This document shows positions 8,001-16,121 of a DNA stretch of 35,233 nt, piece by piece. Position 1 is the stretch's first letter. The number at the start of each line of letters is the position of its first letter. The DNA is from an uncultured Chthoniobacterales bacterium (GTDB taxonomy: Bacteria > Verrucomicrobiota > Verrucomicrobiia > Chthoniobacterales > SZAS-18), in the NCBI GenBank assembly GCA_964243185.1, contig CAXTFX010000001.1:1-35233 (forward strand), read 5' to 3'. The notes beneath the pieces are model-generated. The model searched no databases, was not told the origin of the DNA, and saw only the letters and a program-made list of their open reading frames with translations. The translations under genes were made by a program, and so were the position numbers.

Positions 8001-9755
8001 ATGGCGCTCCCTTCCCCCATCCCGGACGACCCACGCAAGTGGGACGGTTGGAACCGCTACGAATCCGATAACCTCTACGACCGGCTCGGGCTGACCCTGG
8101 AGGAGAACCCCAGCGATAGCCTCATCGAGGAGAACTGCCGGCAACTGCTGGTCTGGTGGCAGAAGAAGCTGCCCCTCAAGAACCAGCCCTCCAACCCCAT
8201 CGCCCAACTCCTGCGCGGGGGGATGGATCACGCGCCAGGCCGCCTCTCGGAAGCGCGGGTGGAGCTGCTGAACCCCGCCAACCGCGCCCGCCACGACGAG
8301 CGCCTGCTGGCCGCCCGCCGGGAGGGGTCCATGGTCGAGTTCGACCGGTTCCTCCAGTTCGCCCTGGGCAAGGGCGTTCTCACCGACGAGGAGGAAAAGC
8401 ACCTTTACCGGCTCGGCCGGGCCCTCGGTCTGGGCACCGAGGACATGCGGGGCGCCATCGAAGCCGGCCTCGCGGGCACCGGTGCCCAACGCCAGGCGAA
8501 CCTGCCGCTCCCGACCGCCACCGCTTCGACGGGCGCGCCCACCGTGGAAAGCGTGGCCGCCGCCGTTGCCGTGGCGGGCGCCGGGCCGGGGCGCCCGCCG
8601 GACACCCGCCGCGTGCGCCGGGAGCGGGTGAACGACCCGGCGGAGGAATTCCGGCGGATGCTGCGGCTCTCCGGCCTCGACGGCGACGCGATGACCGACG
8701 ACCAGCGCGACACTTTCATCAACATGGCCGAGAACCTCGGCCTCGACCCCGGTGACGCGGAGGACCTGGTTGACGATTACCTGGAGGACATGGACTCCCC
8801 GGAGGGCGTCGCCCCCGCCGCCCCCGCGCCGGTGGCTGCCGTCAGCCCCGCGCGGATCGGCACCAACCGGATCAACCATCCGCGCATCGCCCTGGCCAAC
8901 GGGAGCCGCCCGCTCGGCGGCGCCCCCAATGGGGCCGCGCCGGGCCGCTCGACCCCGCTGCTGGGCGCGAACGGCACCCCGGCAGAGGAACTCACCCCGG
9001 CGGAGGAGCGCGTCCGGTTCCCGAAGTTCATCAACACGCTCGGGGGTGAGATGCTCCTCATCCCCGCCGGCACGTTTAACATGGGCAGCGACGCGGCGGG
9101 CGCGCCGGCCAACGAGGCGCCGCTGACCCGGGTGACCCTCACGCGCTACCATGTTTCCCGGCAGCCGGTCACCAACGAACAATACGAGAAGTTCGACCCC
9201 GCCCACCGCGCCAAGCGCGGGGCGCGCGCCGGCGACGACCACCCGGTGATCTACGTTTCCAGCCTGGAGGCCATCAAGTTCTGCCACTGGCTCGGCCAGC
9301 GCGAGCGCCGGCGCTACCGCCTGCCGAGTGAGGCGGAATGGGAATACGCCGCCCGCGGGCCGGACGGCCGCTCGTTCCCCTGGGGCGAGGCGTTTGGACA
9401 GGGCAACCTGGCCAATTTCGCCGACCGCAACACCCGGTTCGCCTGGAGCGACCCGGAGATTGACGACGGCTGGGCGGAGACCTCTCCTGTCGGCAACTAC
9501 CCGCTCGGGGCGAGTCCCTTCGGGGTAGAGGACTGCGCGGGCAACGTTTGGGAGTGGTGCCTGGACTACTACGAGCCTTACAAGGGCACGGAGCGCACCA
9601 ACCCCCGCGGCCCGATGCACGGCGCCCAGCGCGTGCTGCGCGGCGGGAGCTGGCAGTCCCGTTTCGCCAGTCTGAAAACCACTACTCGGAAGTTCAACCA
9701 GCCGGCCTTCGCTTCCAGCGACGTGGGTTTCCGCGTGGTGTGCGAGTGCGAGTAG
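8001..9755 (+). CDS. J-like (HPD-less) domain protein with tandem helical repeats and C-terminal FGE-sulfatase (SUMF1/EgtB/PvdO-type) domain
   Basis: The N-terminus NLYDRLGLTLEENPSDSLIEENCRQLLVWWQKKL...ARVELLNPANRARHD has J-domain helix I-IV spacing but no HPD. Two similar 44-aa repeats occur at 8340-8471 and 8649-8783. A Pro/Ala linker follows. The C-terminus reads MLLIPAGTFNMGS...HPVIYVSSLEAIKFCHWL...YRLPSEAEWEYAARG...GNVWEWCLDYY...RVLRGGSW...VGFRVV, the classic FGE-sulfatase signature. Confidence 0.85.
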   Translation: MALPSPIPDDPRKWDGWNRYESDNLYDRLGLTLEENPSDSLIEENCRQLLVWWQKKLPLKNQPSNPIAQLLRGGMDHAPGRLSEARVELLNPANRARHDERLLAARREGSMVEFDRFLQFALGKGVLTDEEEKHLYRLGRALGLGTEDMRGAIEAGLAGTGAQRQANLPLPTATASTGAPTVESVAAAVAVAGAGPGRPPDTRRVRRERVNDPAEEFRRMLRLSGLDGDAMTDDQRDTFINMAENLGLDPGDAEDLVDDYLEDMDSPEGVAPAAPAPVAAVSPARIGTNRINHPRIALANGSRPLGGAPNGAAPGRSTPLLGANGTPAEELTPAEERVRFPKFINTLGGEMLLIPAGTFNMGSDAAGAPANEAPLTRVTLTRYHVSRQPVTNEQYEKFDPAHRAKRGARAGDDHPVIYVSSLEAIKFCHWLGQRERRRYRLPSEAEWEYAARGPDGRSFPWGEAFGQGNLANFADRNTRFAWSDPEIDDGWAETSPVGNYPLGASPFGVEDCAGNVWEWCLDYYEPYKGTERTNPRGPMHGAQRVLRGGSWQSRFASLKTTTRKFNQPAFASSDVGFRVVCECE

Positions 9756-9777
9756 GCGCCGGAGTTCGGTCCACAGG

Positions 9778-10046
9778 TGACGCAGATATCCGCAGATTAT
9801 TTTCTGAGGTGGAGAAAGGCGGGCAAACGCTTCTAGCAGTAGCGGGCGCAACTTGACCGGCGGCGACGGGTAGGGCGGCCTCTATCCCTAGGCCGCCGCT
9901 GGAAAGCGCGCCGAAAGCGGAAAACCGCGGCGGGCGAGGGATAGTCCGCCCTACCCCCGCCGCCGCCGAGGTTGCCAAACTGAGGCCCGATCCCCCTGGT
10001 CGAAACTCCGAACCCCCTCTGAAATAATCTGCGGATATCTGCGTCA
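9778..10046. repeat. nested palindromic (REP/MITE-like) element between convergent genes
   Basis: The outer arms are a perfect 25-bp inverted repeat: tgacgcagatatccgcagattattt at 9778-9802 and its reverse complement at 10022-10046. The inner inverted repeat is gggtagggcgg..ctatccct at 9868-9889 against 9937-9956. No credible ORF lies inside. Confidence 0.9.
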
Positions 10047-10069
10047 TCTGCGGACAAGATTCGCGTGGC

Positions 10070-10342
10070 TTACGCGGTTGCCGGAGCCGCCGCGCTCGGG
10101 GCCGGGCTGGCGGAGGCGCCACCGGGGGCGGCGTTGGCGTTGCCGTTCGGGTTGAAGCGGAACTTCACCTTGTTGCGCTTGGCGTTGGCCTTGGCCTTGC
10201 GTTTAGTTTTTTGGGTGGGCGTCTCATAGGCGCGCAGGCGGCGCACCTCTTCCATGATGCCCTCGCTGTCCATCTTGGACTTCAGGCGTTTGAGGGCGCG
10301 GTCAACGGGTTCCCCTTTGCGGACTTGGACTTCGGCTGGCAT
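10070..10342 (-). CDS. rpsU: 30S ribosomal protein S21
   Basis: MPAEVQVRKGEPVDRALKRLKSKMDSEGIMEEVRRLRAYETPTQKTKRKAKA is the S21 signature. An Asn/Ala/Pro-rich C-terminal tail is appended. Confidence 0.95.
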   Translation of the reverse strand: MPAEVQVRKGEPVDRALKRLKSKMDSEGIMEEVRRLRAYETPTQKTKRKAKANAKRNKVKFRFNPNGNANAAPGGASASPAPSAAAPATA

Positions 10343-10405
10343 GGCTGGTTTTTCTGGTTTGGTGTTCTCTCGGTTTAGTGGAGCGGAATGGTGAAAAGAA
10401 AGGGG

Positions 10406-12886
10406 TCAGGCCCGGGCCGGCAGCACGGGGACCGCCGCGACGGGTGACTTGTTGGGCCGGTTCACCTGCGCGCGCAGGTCGTTGCCCTGGTCGCCGCGGG
10501 AGCGGGAAAGCCACAGCACGATGGGCGAGGCCACGAAAACGGACGAATACGTTCCCACGATGACGCCGATGAGCATGGCGAGCGCGAAATCGTGCAGCAC
10601 CGGGCCGCCGCCGATGAACAGCGCGAACACGGTGATGAACGTGGCGCCCGCCGTGAGGAGGGTGCGGCCCAGCGTCTCGTTGATGGAGGCGTTCATGATC
10701 TCGCGCACGCTCCCGCGCCGGCCCTCCTTCAGACCGGAGCGGATGCGGTCATAGACCACGATGGTGTCGTTGATGGAATAGCCCGCGATGGTCAGCACGG
10801 CGCCGACCATTACCAGCGACAGTTCCCGGCCGAGCAGCGCGAACACGCCCACCGTGATGACGATGTCGTGCAGCAGGGCCACGACGGCGCCGATGGCGAA
10901 GGAGAACTCAAACCGCAGCGACACGTAAGCCAGGATGCCCAGCACGCCGAGCCCGAAGGCCAGGGCGGACTTGGTGGCCAACTGCTTGCCGACGAGGCTG
11001 CCCACGCTGTCCGACTGCAAAGTCTTCAGCCCGGCGGCCGGCAGCGCCGCGCGCAGGGCCTGCTCGATCTTCGGCCCCGAGCCGGCGTTGGCGCGGATGT
11101 CCACGAACTGCTCCTCCCCGCGGCGCTCCAACTGGACGACGCTTTCGCGCTGGTCCGCCGGGAGGGCGGCGCGCACCTGTTCAGTGGTGAGGGTCTGGTT
11201 CGTGGACAGGACCAGGAGGTCGCCCCCCTTGAAATCAATGCCGAAGTTCCGCTGGCCCCGGAGGGTGAACGCCGCGGCGCAGAACAGGATGACGACGGTG
11301 GAAGCGACCAGGCACCAGCGCGCCATCCCCATGAAGTCGAAGTGCCGCTTCGGGGTGAAGTCCAGCATCCGCACCTTCGTCAGCCCACCCACGTCCGTAG
11401 CCCAGGCGAACAGGTTGCGCGTGACGATCAGGGCCGCGAAGAGCGAGGCGATGATGCCCACGGTCAGGGTGACGGCGAAGCCCTTCACCGGCCCGGAGGC
11501 GTAGTAGAACAGGAGGATGGACGTGATGAGCGTCGTGACGTTGGCGTCAATGATGGACGACAGCGCCTTGCGAAAGGCGCCTTCCAACGCGGCGCGGAGG
11601 TTCTTGCCGGCGTGTAGCTCCTCGCGCAACCGCTCGTAAATCAGCACGTTGGCGTCAATGGCCGTGGCGATGGTCAGGATCACGCCCGCGATGCCCGGCA
11701 GCGTCAGCACAAAGCCGAACAGGCTCATCACGCCGAAGAGCAGCGCGACGTTGACCAGCAGGGCGATGAACGCGAGCACGCCGGCCAGCCGGTAGTAGAG
11801 CAGCACGAACCCGAAGGTCAGCGCCAGCCCGAGCAGGCCGGAGACGATGCCGGCCCGGATGGAATCGGCGCCGAGCGTGGCCGAGACGCTGCGTTCTTCC
11901 AGGATGCGGACGGGGGTTTGCAGCGGGTTCTCCAGGACGCTGGCGAGGTTGCGGCACTCCGTTTCGCCCATGGAGCCGCCGGTGATCTGGGCGGAGCCGC
12001 CGGTGATCGCCTCGTTGAGGTTGGGCGCGGACACCACCTTGCCGTCGAGCATGATGGCCAACTGCTCGTGGACGTGCGCGCCGGTCAGTTCCGCAAACTG
12101 CCGGCCGCCCTCCCCGTCGAAGTTCAGCGAGACGCCCCAACCCCGGATGTCGAAGAACGGGTAGGCGCTCTTGACCCGCTCGCCGGTCATGTCGGCGCGG
12201 GCGTGGACGACGATCTCCTCGGTGACTTTCTTCTCGTGCGCGGGGTCCTTGGCCGGGTTGTTCATCAGCGCGTTGGTGCGGCTGAGTCGGTTGGACGGTC
12301 CCGAGGTCGCGCCGTCGGTGCGCTCGGTGCGCTCCTCGACCTCCACCCGGTAGCCCGGCGGGATGATGGGCGTCTGCCCGGCCTTGCGCTGGGCGATGAT
12401 GGAAGCGCTCTGCGGGTGGACCAGGCGGAACTCCAGCTTGGCGACGCGCTGGAGCTGGTCGCGCGCCTCGGCGATCTTGGCCGTGTCCAGGCCGGGAATC
12501 TGGACGAGGATCTGGTCCTCGCCGACCGGGGAGATCACGGGCTCGCCGACGCCGAACTTATCCACGCGGGAGCGGATGACCTCCACGGCCTGCTCCTGGG
12601 CGGCGGGGGAAATCTTGCTGTCCGCGGTTTCGCGCACGAGCCGGATCAGGAACGCCGTGCCGCCCTTGAGGTCCAGGCCCAGGCGGATCTTGCCCGGTTG
12701 AACGAGCTTGCCGCCCGCGTCCCGCACGTCAAAGGGCGGCCAGACGGAGGCCACGCACAGGATCGTCAACAGCGCGGTCAGGGCGAGGCCGAGGATGCGC
12801 TTGAGCCGGCCGGGGTCCGCCGAAAAATACCAGATGAACAGCGCCAGGACGGCGAGGCCGAGGAAGAACGTGACGACCGGGGACAT
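10406..12886 (-). CDS. secDF: protein translocase subunit SecDF (fusion)
   Basis: The 826-aa protein has the SecD periplasmic domain (LGLDLKGGTAFLIRL...) and two 6-TM blocks with SecD/SecF motifs (GIAGVILTIATAIDANVLIYERLREEL; IAGYSINDTIVVYDRIRSGL). Confidence 0.95.
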   Translation of the reverse strand: MSPVVTFFLGLAVLALFIWYFSADPGRLKRILGLALTALLTILCVASVWPPFDVRDAGGKLVQPGKIRLGLDLKGGTAFLIRLVRETADSKISPAAQEQAVEVIRSRVDKFGVGEPVISPVGEDQILVQIPGLDTAKIAEARDQLQRVAKLEFRLVHPQSASIIAQRKAGQTPIIPPGYRVEVEERTERTDGATSGPSNRLSRTNALMNNPAKDPAHEKKVTEEIVVHARADMTGERVKSAYPFFDIRGWGVSLNFDGEGGRQFAELTGAHVHEQLAIMLDGKVVSAPNLNEAITGGSAQITGGSMGETECRNLASVLENPLQTPVRILEERSVSATLGADSIRAGIVSGLLGLALTFGFVLLYYRLAGVLAFIALLVNVALLFGVMSLFGFVLTLPGIAGVILTIATAIDANVLIYERLREELHAGKNLRAALEGAFRKALSSIIDANVTTLITSILLFYYASGPVKGFAVTLTVGIIASLFAALIVTRNLFAWATDVGGLTKVRMLDFTPKRHFDFMGMARWCLVASTVVILFCAAAFTLRGQRNFGIDFKGGDLLVLSTNQTLTTEQVRAALPADQRESVVQLERRGEEQFVDIRANAGSGPKIEQALRAALPAAGLKTLQSDSVGSLVGKQLATKSALAFGLGVLGILAYVSLRFEFSFAIGAVVALLHDIVITVGVFALLGRELSLVMVGAVLTIAGYSINDTIVVYDRIRSGLKEGRRGSVREIMNASINETLGRTLLTAGATFITVFALFIGGGPVLHDFALAMLIGVIVGTYSSVFVASPIVLWLSRSRGDQGNDLRAQVNRPNKSPVAAVPVLPARA

Positions 12887-12904
12887 CGCGGACGAAATCA
12901 GGGG

Positions 12905-13375
12905 TTAACGGACGGGCTTGGCGGCCGTGGGCGAGGGGGCCGCGGCGGACGCCGCGGTCTTGTTGAGCACCGTGGTGACGCTGTCGCGGGACATTACGAC
13001 CTTGACGTTGTCGGCGATGCGAACGGTGACGGTCTTCTTCTCCGGGTTGACGTTGGTGATGGTGCCGTAGATGCCCGAGCTGGTCAGCACCTCGTCACCG
13101 GACTTGACGGAGGAAATGAGCGCGGCCTGCTGCTTGGCGCGCAACTGCTGGGGGCGAATCAAGAGAAAGTAGAAAATGATCGCGATGAAGAGGAACGGCA
13201 CGAACTGCCCCAGGACCGATGCAGGGGCCGGCGCGCTCGGCGCCGGCGCGGCGGGAACGGGTGCGCCGGTGGTGGCCGTCGTGACGGCGGCCGGCGCGGC
13301 GGTGGCGTCCGGCGCGGGTGCGGGGGCAGCCTGGGCCAGGAAAACGGCGAGGGAAACGGGCAGGGTAGCGATCAT
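12905..13375 (-). CDS. yajC: preprotein translocase subunit YajC
   Basis: The YajC core reads FVPFLFIAIIFYFLLIRPQQLRAKQQAALISSVKSGDEVLTSSGIYGTITNV. It lies immediately upstream of secDF (18-nt gap). A long Ala/Pro-rich N-terminal region with a signal-like start is present. Confidence 0.9.
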   Translation of the reverse strand: MIATLPVSLAVFLAQAAPAPAPDATAAPAAVTTATTGAPVPAAPAPSAPAPASVLGQFVPFLFIAIIFYFLLIRPQQLRAKQQAALISSVKSGDEVLTSSGIYGTITNVNPEKKTVTVRIADNVKVVMSRDSVTTVLNKTAASAAAPSPTAAKPVR

Positions 13376-13428
13376 CTTGCGAGCGGGGGACCACGATGCT
13401 GCGGTTCCCCCGTCCCGTCCAACGGATT

Positions 13429-14625
13429 TCAGGGGGCCGCGGACGCGGGGCTTGGGGACGGCGGGGGCACCACCTTGGCCGTCAGCCAGCGTAGGACGCC
13501 CGGCCGCCAGCCGGCGACCGCCAGGGCCGCGTCTGCCAGGACCGGGTGCAGGGCGGCGGCCCGGGCGAGGCGGTTAACCCAAAGCCGGCCCCGCTCCCGG
13601 TAAATCCGCCGGTGTTGCCGGGTATATTCCCGGCCGGCCCGGGCCAGGCTCCACTCCCCCGCCGCGGCGCGCGCGACGCACTCCCCGGCCAGCTCGCCCG
13701 CACGCAGGGCGTAGTAAATTCCCTCGCCCGTGAACGGCTCGACCACGCGCGCGGCGTCCCCGGCCACGAGCACCCGGCCCCCGAGGCCCACGGGGACGCG
13801 CAGCGGCGCGCGGTCCAGGGGCGCGATGGTCTGCCAACCCGGCCAATCCGCCGGCAGCCCGAGCTCCGCCTCCGCCCACGCCCGCATGGCCGGGATGCGG
13901 TCCGGTGCGATGCCCAGGGAAACGTTCAACTCCCCGTCCCCCGTCGGCGCCAGCCCGCCGTAACCCCCGCCGGGGAACCAACGCATCTGCACCAGCCCCC
14001 CCGCGGCGAACTCCGGCGGGCAGAGGTCGCGGGGAACGTGGGTCTGGAAGCCGACGCGGGGAGCGGGCGACGGCGGACGGGTGACAGGTGCGGGCAACAG
14101 GCCGAGCGCGCGGACCACGACGGAATTGCGGCCGTCGGCGGCGATGACGAACCCGGTGTGAACCTCTTCCCCCCCGGTCAAGGTCACGACGATTCCCTCG
14201 GCGGACCCGCCGCCCGCCGCCCGCCGCAGCCCGCAAACCGCCGTCCCCGCCGTGACCTCCGCGCCGAGGTTGGCCGCGTGGGTCAGCAGCGCCGCGTCCA
14301 GGTCCGCGCGCCTGACCGTGCGCTCGCTGCCCGCGGGCAGGGGGAAACCCACCCGGGCGCCGCGCCGGCCGAGGAACTCGACGCGGCGCAGGTCGGCGTG
14401 GGGCAGGGCGGCCACGAGTTCCGCCGCGCCGAGCCGGGCCAGCACGGGCCAGACGTCCGGGTTCAAACAGTCCCCGCAAACCTTGGGGCGGGGGAACACG
14501 GCCCGTTCCACGACCCGCACCCGCAGGCCCGCCGCGGCGCAGACCGCCGCCGCCGCCGCCCCCGCCGGGGCCCCCCCGACGACGAGCACATCGCAGGGGG
14601 CGGCCGCCGGGGTGGGAAAACGCAT
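13429..14625 (-). CDS. FAD-dependent oxidoreductase, geranylgeranyl-reductase-like family
   Basis: The ATG at 14625 gives MRFPTPAAAPCDVLVVGGAPAGAAAA (Rossmann GxGxxG). Later motifs are KVCGDCLNP and VAGDAARVVEPFTGEGIYYALRAG, typical of this family. Confidence 0.8.
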   Translation of the reverse strand: MRFPTPAAAPCDVLVVGGAPAGAAAAAVCAAAGLRVRVVERAVFPRPKVCGDCLNPDVWPVLARLGAAELVAALPHADLRRVEFLGRRGARVGFPLPAGSERTVRRADLDAALLTHAANLGAEVTAGTAVCGLRRAAGGGSAEGIVVTLTGGEEVHTGFVIAADGRNSVVVRALGLLPAPVTRPPSPAPRVGFQTHVPRDLCPPEFAAGGLVQMRWFPGGGYGGLAPTGDGELNVSLGIAPDRIPAMRAWAEAELGLPADWPGWQTIAPLDRAPLRVPVGLGGRVLVAGDAARVVEPFTGEGIYYALRAGELAGECVARAAAGEWSLARAGREYTRQHRRIYRERGRLWVNRLARAAALHPVLADAALAVAGWRPGVLRWLTAKVVPPPSPSPASAAP

Positions 14626-14710
14626 CGCCGGGCACTCTAGCCCGGCCGGGGGAAGCCTGCCCCGCGAACCCTTGAACAATTCCCAACGCCCTCGCGTCCA
14701 AGCCCGCGCC

Positions 14711-15271
14711 ATGAAACCCGCACCGTTCCCCCGTCTGCTCGCCACCCTCGCCCTGCTCACCGCCGCCACCGCCCCGCTCGCGGTGTCATCCCCCGCCCGG
14801 GCGCAGGAAGCCGCCGTAGCCGAGCACCGGCTCCAGGGCAGCTTCTCCTACGTCGCCGCGGGCAGCGACAGCATTGATAAGAGCATCGAAAAGACGGTGG
14901 CCGACCTGAATTTCATCGTCGCCCCCATCGCCAAGAGCCGGCTGACGAAGACCAATTCCATCTACCGGAAAGTCACCTTCGAGTTCAGCGGCAACCAGGT
15001 TTCCATCGTCACGGGCAACCGGGCGCCGATCAAGACCGGTCTGAACGGTGCGCCCATCAAGTGGACCCGGGAGGACGGCGAGGTGCTCGATTACTCCACC
15101 ACGCTCGCCGGCGACACCATCCGCCAGAAGTTCGTGGCCAAGGACGGTCAGCGGGTCAACGAATACACTCCGAGCGCCGACGGCCAGGGGCTGACGATGA
15201 AGGTGACGGTCTCCAGCCCGAAGCTCAAGGAGCCGCTGATCTATCGGTTAGCTTATAAGAAAGGGGCTTGA
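14711..15271 (+). CDS. secreted protein of unknown function
   Basis: The ATG at 14711 gives MKPAPFPRLLATLALLTAATAPLAVSSPARAQEA, a Sec signal with an ARA-QE cleavage-like site. The mature part is beta-rich. No family was recognised. Confidence 0.7.
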   Translation: MKPAPFPRLLATLALLTAATAPLAVSSPARAQEAAVAEHRLQGSFSYVAAGSDSIDKSIEKTVADLNFIVAPIAKSRLTKTNSIYRKVTFEFSGNQVSIVTGNRAPIKTGLNGAPIKWTREDGEVLDYSTTLAGDTIRQKFVAKDGQRVNEYTPSADGQGLTMKVTVSSPKLKEPLIYRLAYKKGA

Positions 15272-15361
15272 GATCATAACGCCGGTTCGCAGACCCCGGG
15301 CCTCCGCCGACCAAAGCGAGCCAAGGCAGCGCCGAAGTGACCTGAGTAGCCGTTTTGAAAG

Positions 15362-15990
15362 CTAAACGAGATTCAACGCAAGCTGGTTGTGCCACTTGCT
15401 TGTCTGCCCCGCCTGTCGGCGCGTGAGCAGCCGAACCGTGCAGACAAACAGGTTTGCTTCCGAGTGTTCACGCTTGGCTTCGGCGTTGCGCCAGAGCGTG
15501 CGACAGCGGTAGAACCGAGCAAAGGCGCGTTCCACGACCCATCGCTTGGGCAAGAGTTGCCAGCCCTTCTTGCCCGGCTCGCGTTGCGCGATCCGCATGT
15601 CCCAGCCAAAGCGCCGCTTAATTTCCGCCGTGAGGTCTTTGCCCCCATAGCCTTGGTCCGCGCGCACCGTTTCCAGCCGCGTGACCGCCGCTTTTGTTTG
15701 GGGCGCCCATAGCCGCCGCCGCTCCAGACGCTCCTGCGGGATCTGCCCCCGGGCGGCGTGAGCGAGCACGCCCATGCGCTCCAGCGCCTTTCGTTCGCCC
15801 AGGGCAAGTTCGGGTCGGCGACCAGCCCCGCGCGCCGGCACGCCCCGGACTTTCCCCGCGCTCCGCCCCGGTGGTGATGTTCAAGGCGCGCACCTCCGTC
15901 GCGCCCATCCATCAAGCATCGGAGCGCTGGCAACGGTGTGCCGGTATCTCCCCACTGTGGAATCCCGGGAGCTCGGCTGGGCGCTGCGGC
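15362..15990 (-). mobile_element. IS5-family (DDE_Tnp_1) transposase remnant, frameshifted and 5'-truncated
   Basis: The C-terminal part is intact in one frame (15362..15841): RADQGYGGKDLTAEIKRRFGWDMRI...LLPKRWVVERAFARFYRCRTLWRNAEAKREHSEANLFVCTVRLL. Upstream catalytic segments (RDSTVGRY..., MDGATEVRALNITTGAERGES) lie in two other frames. Confidence 0.75.
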
Positions 15991-16121
15991 TGACCCATTG
16001 CTAGCCGTGGTCAGCCCCCGGCGCATCCGCCGGCTGCCGGACCGGGTTCCCGGGGTGAAAGGCGGTTGGCTCAGGGGTTGGACACGGGGCGGGAACATTC
16101 GCTTCCCTGGCCGGGGACGGG

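Noticed and set aside
6705-9851. A 1048-aa minus-strand ORF, the longest in the track, lies opposite the Hsp70 and FGE-fusion genes. Similar long antisense ORFs occur at 2062..3090, 11918..13603, 16071..17342, 29182..30792 and 31170..32951.
   Set aside because: The translations are Arg/Gly/Ala/Pro-rich low-complexity strings with no motifs. Each lies exactly antisense to a gene with strong family signatures. This is the typical stop-codon-poor shadow frame of high-GC DNA.
10070-10150. I considered the Asn/Ala/Pro-rich C-terminal tail of ribosomal protein S21 (NPNGNANAAPGGASASPAPSAAAPATA) as a possible gene fusion or mis-called stop.
   Set aside because: The frame is continuous with the canonical S21 core. 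Low-complexity tails on small ribosomal proteins are common in GC-rich lineages, and there is no separate domain signature.
15284-15309. I considered the sequence ggttcgcagaccccgggcctccgcc as a degenerate copy of the tRNA-Val 3' end (ggttcgaatccctcaccgccc), which would mark the left attachment site of the island.
   Set aside because: Only the first 6 nt and scattered C positions match. The geometry is also wrong for classical 3'-end integration, because the island lies on the 5' side of the plus-strand tRNA-Val. This cannot be distinguished from chance by eye.
15362-15990. I considered programmed -1 frameshifting, as in IS3 and some IS5 elements, as the explanation for the multi-frame IS5-like transposase.
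   Set aside because: At least three frames are needed. No slippery A6G/A7 motif is visible at the junctions, and the N-terminal DNA-binding part is missing. A decayed copy is the simpler reading.
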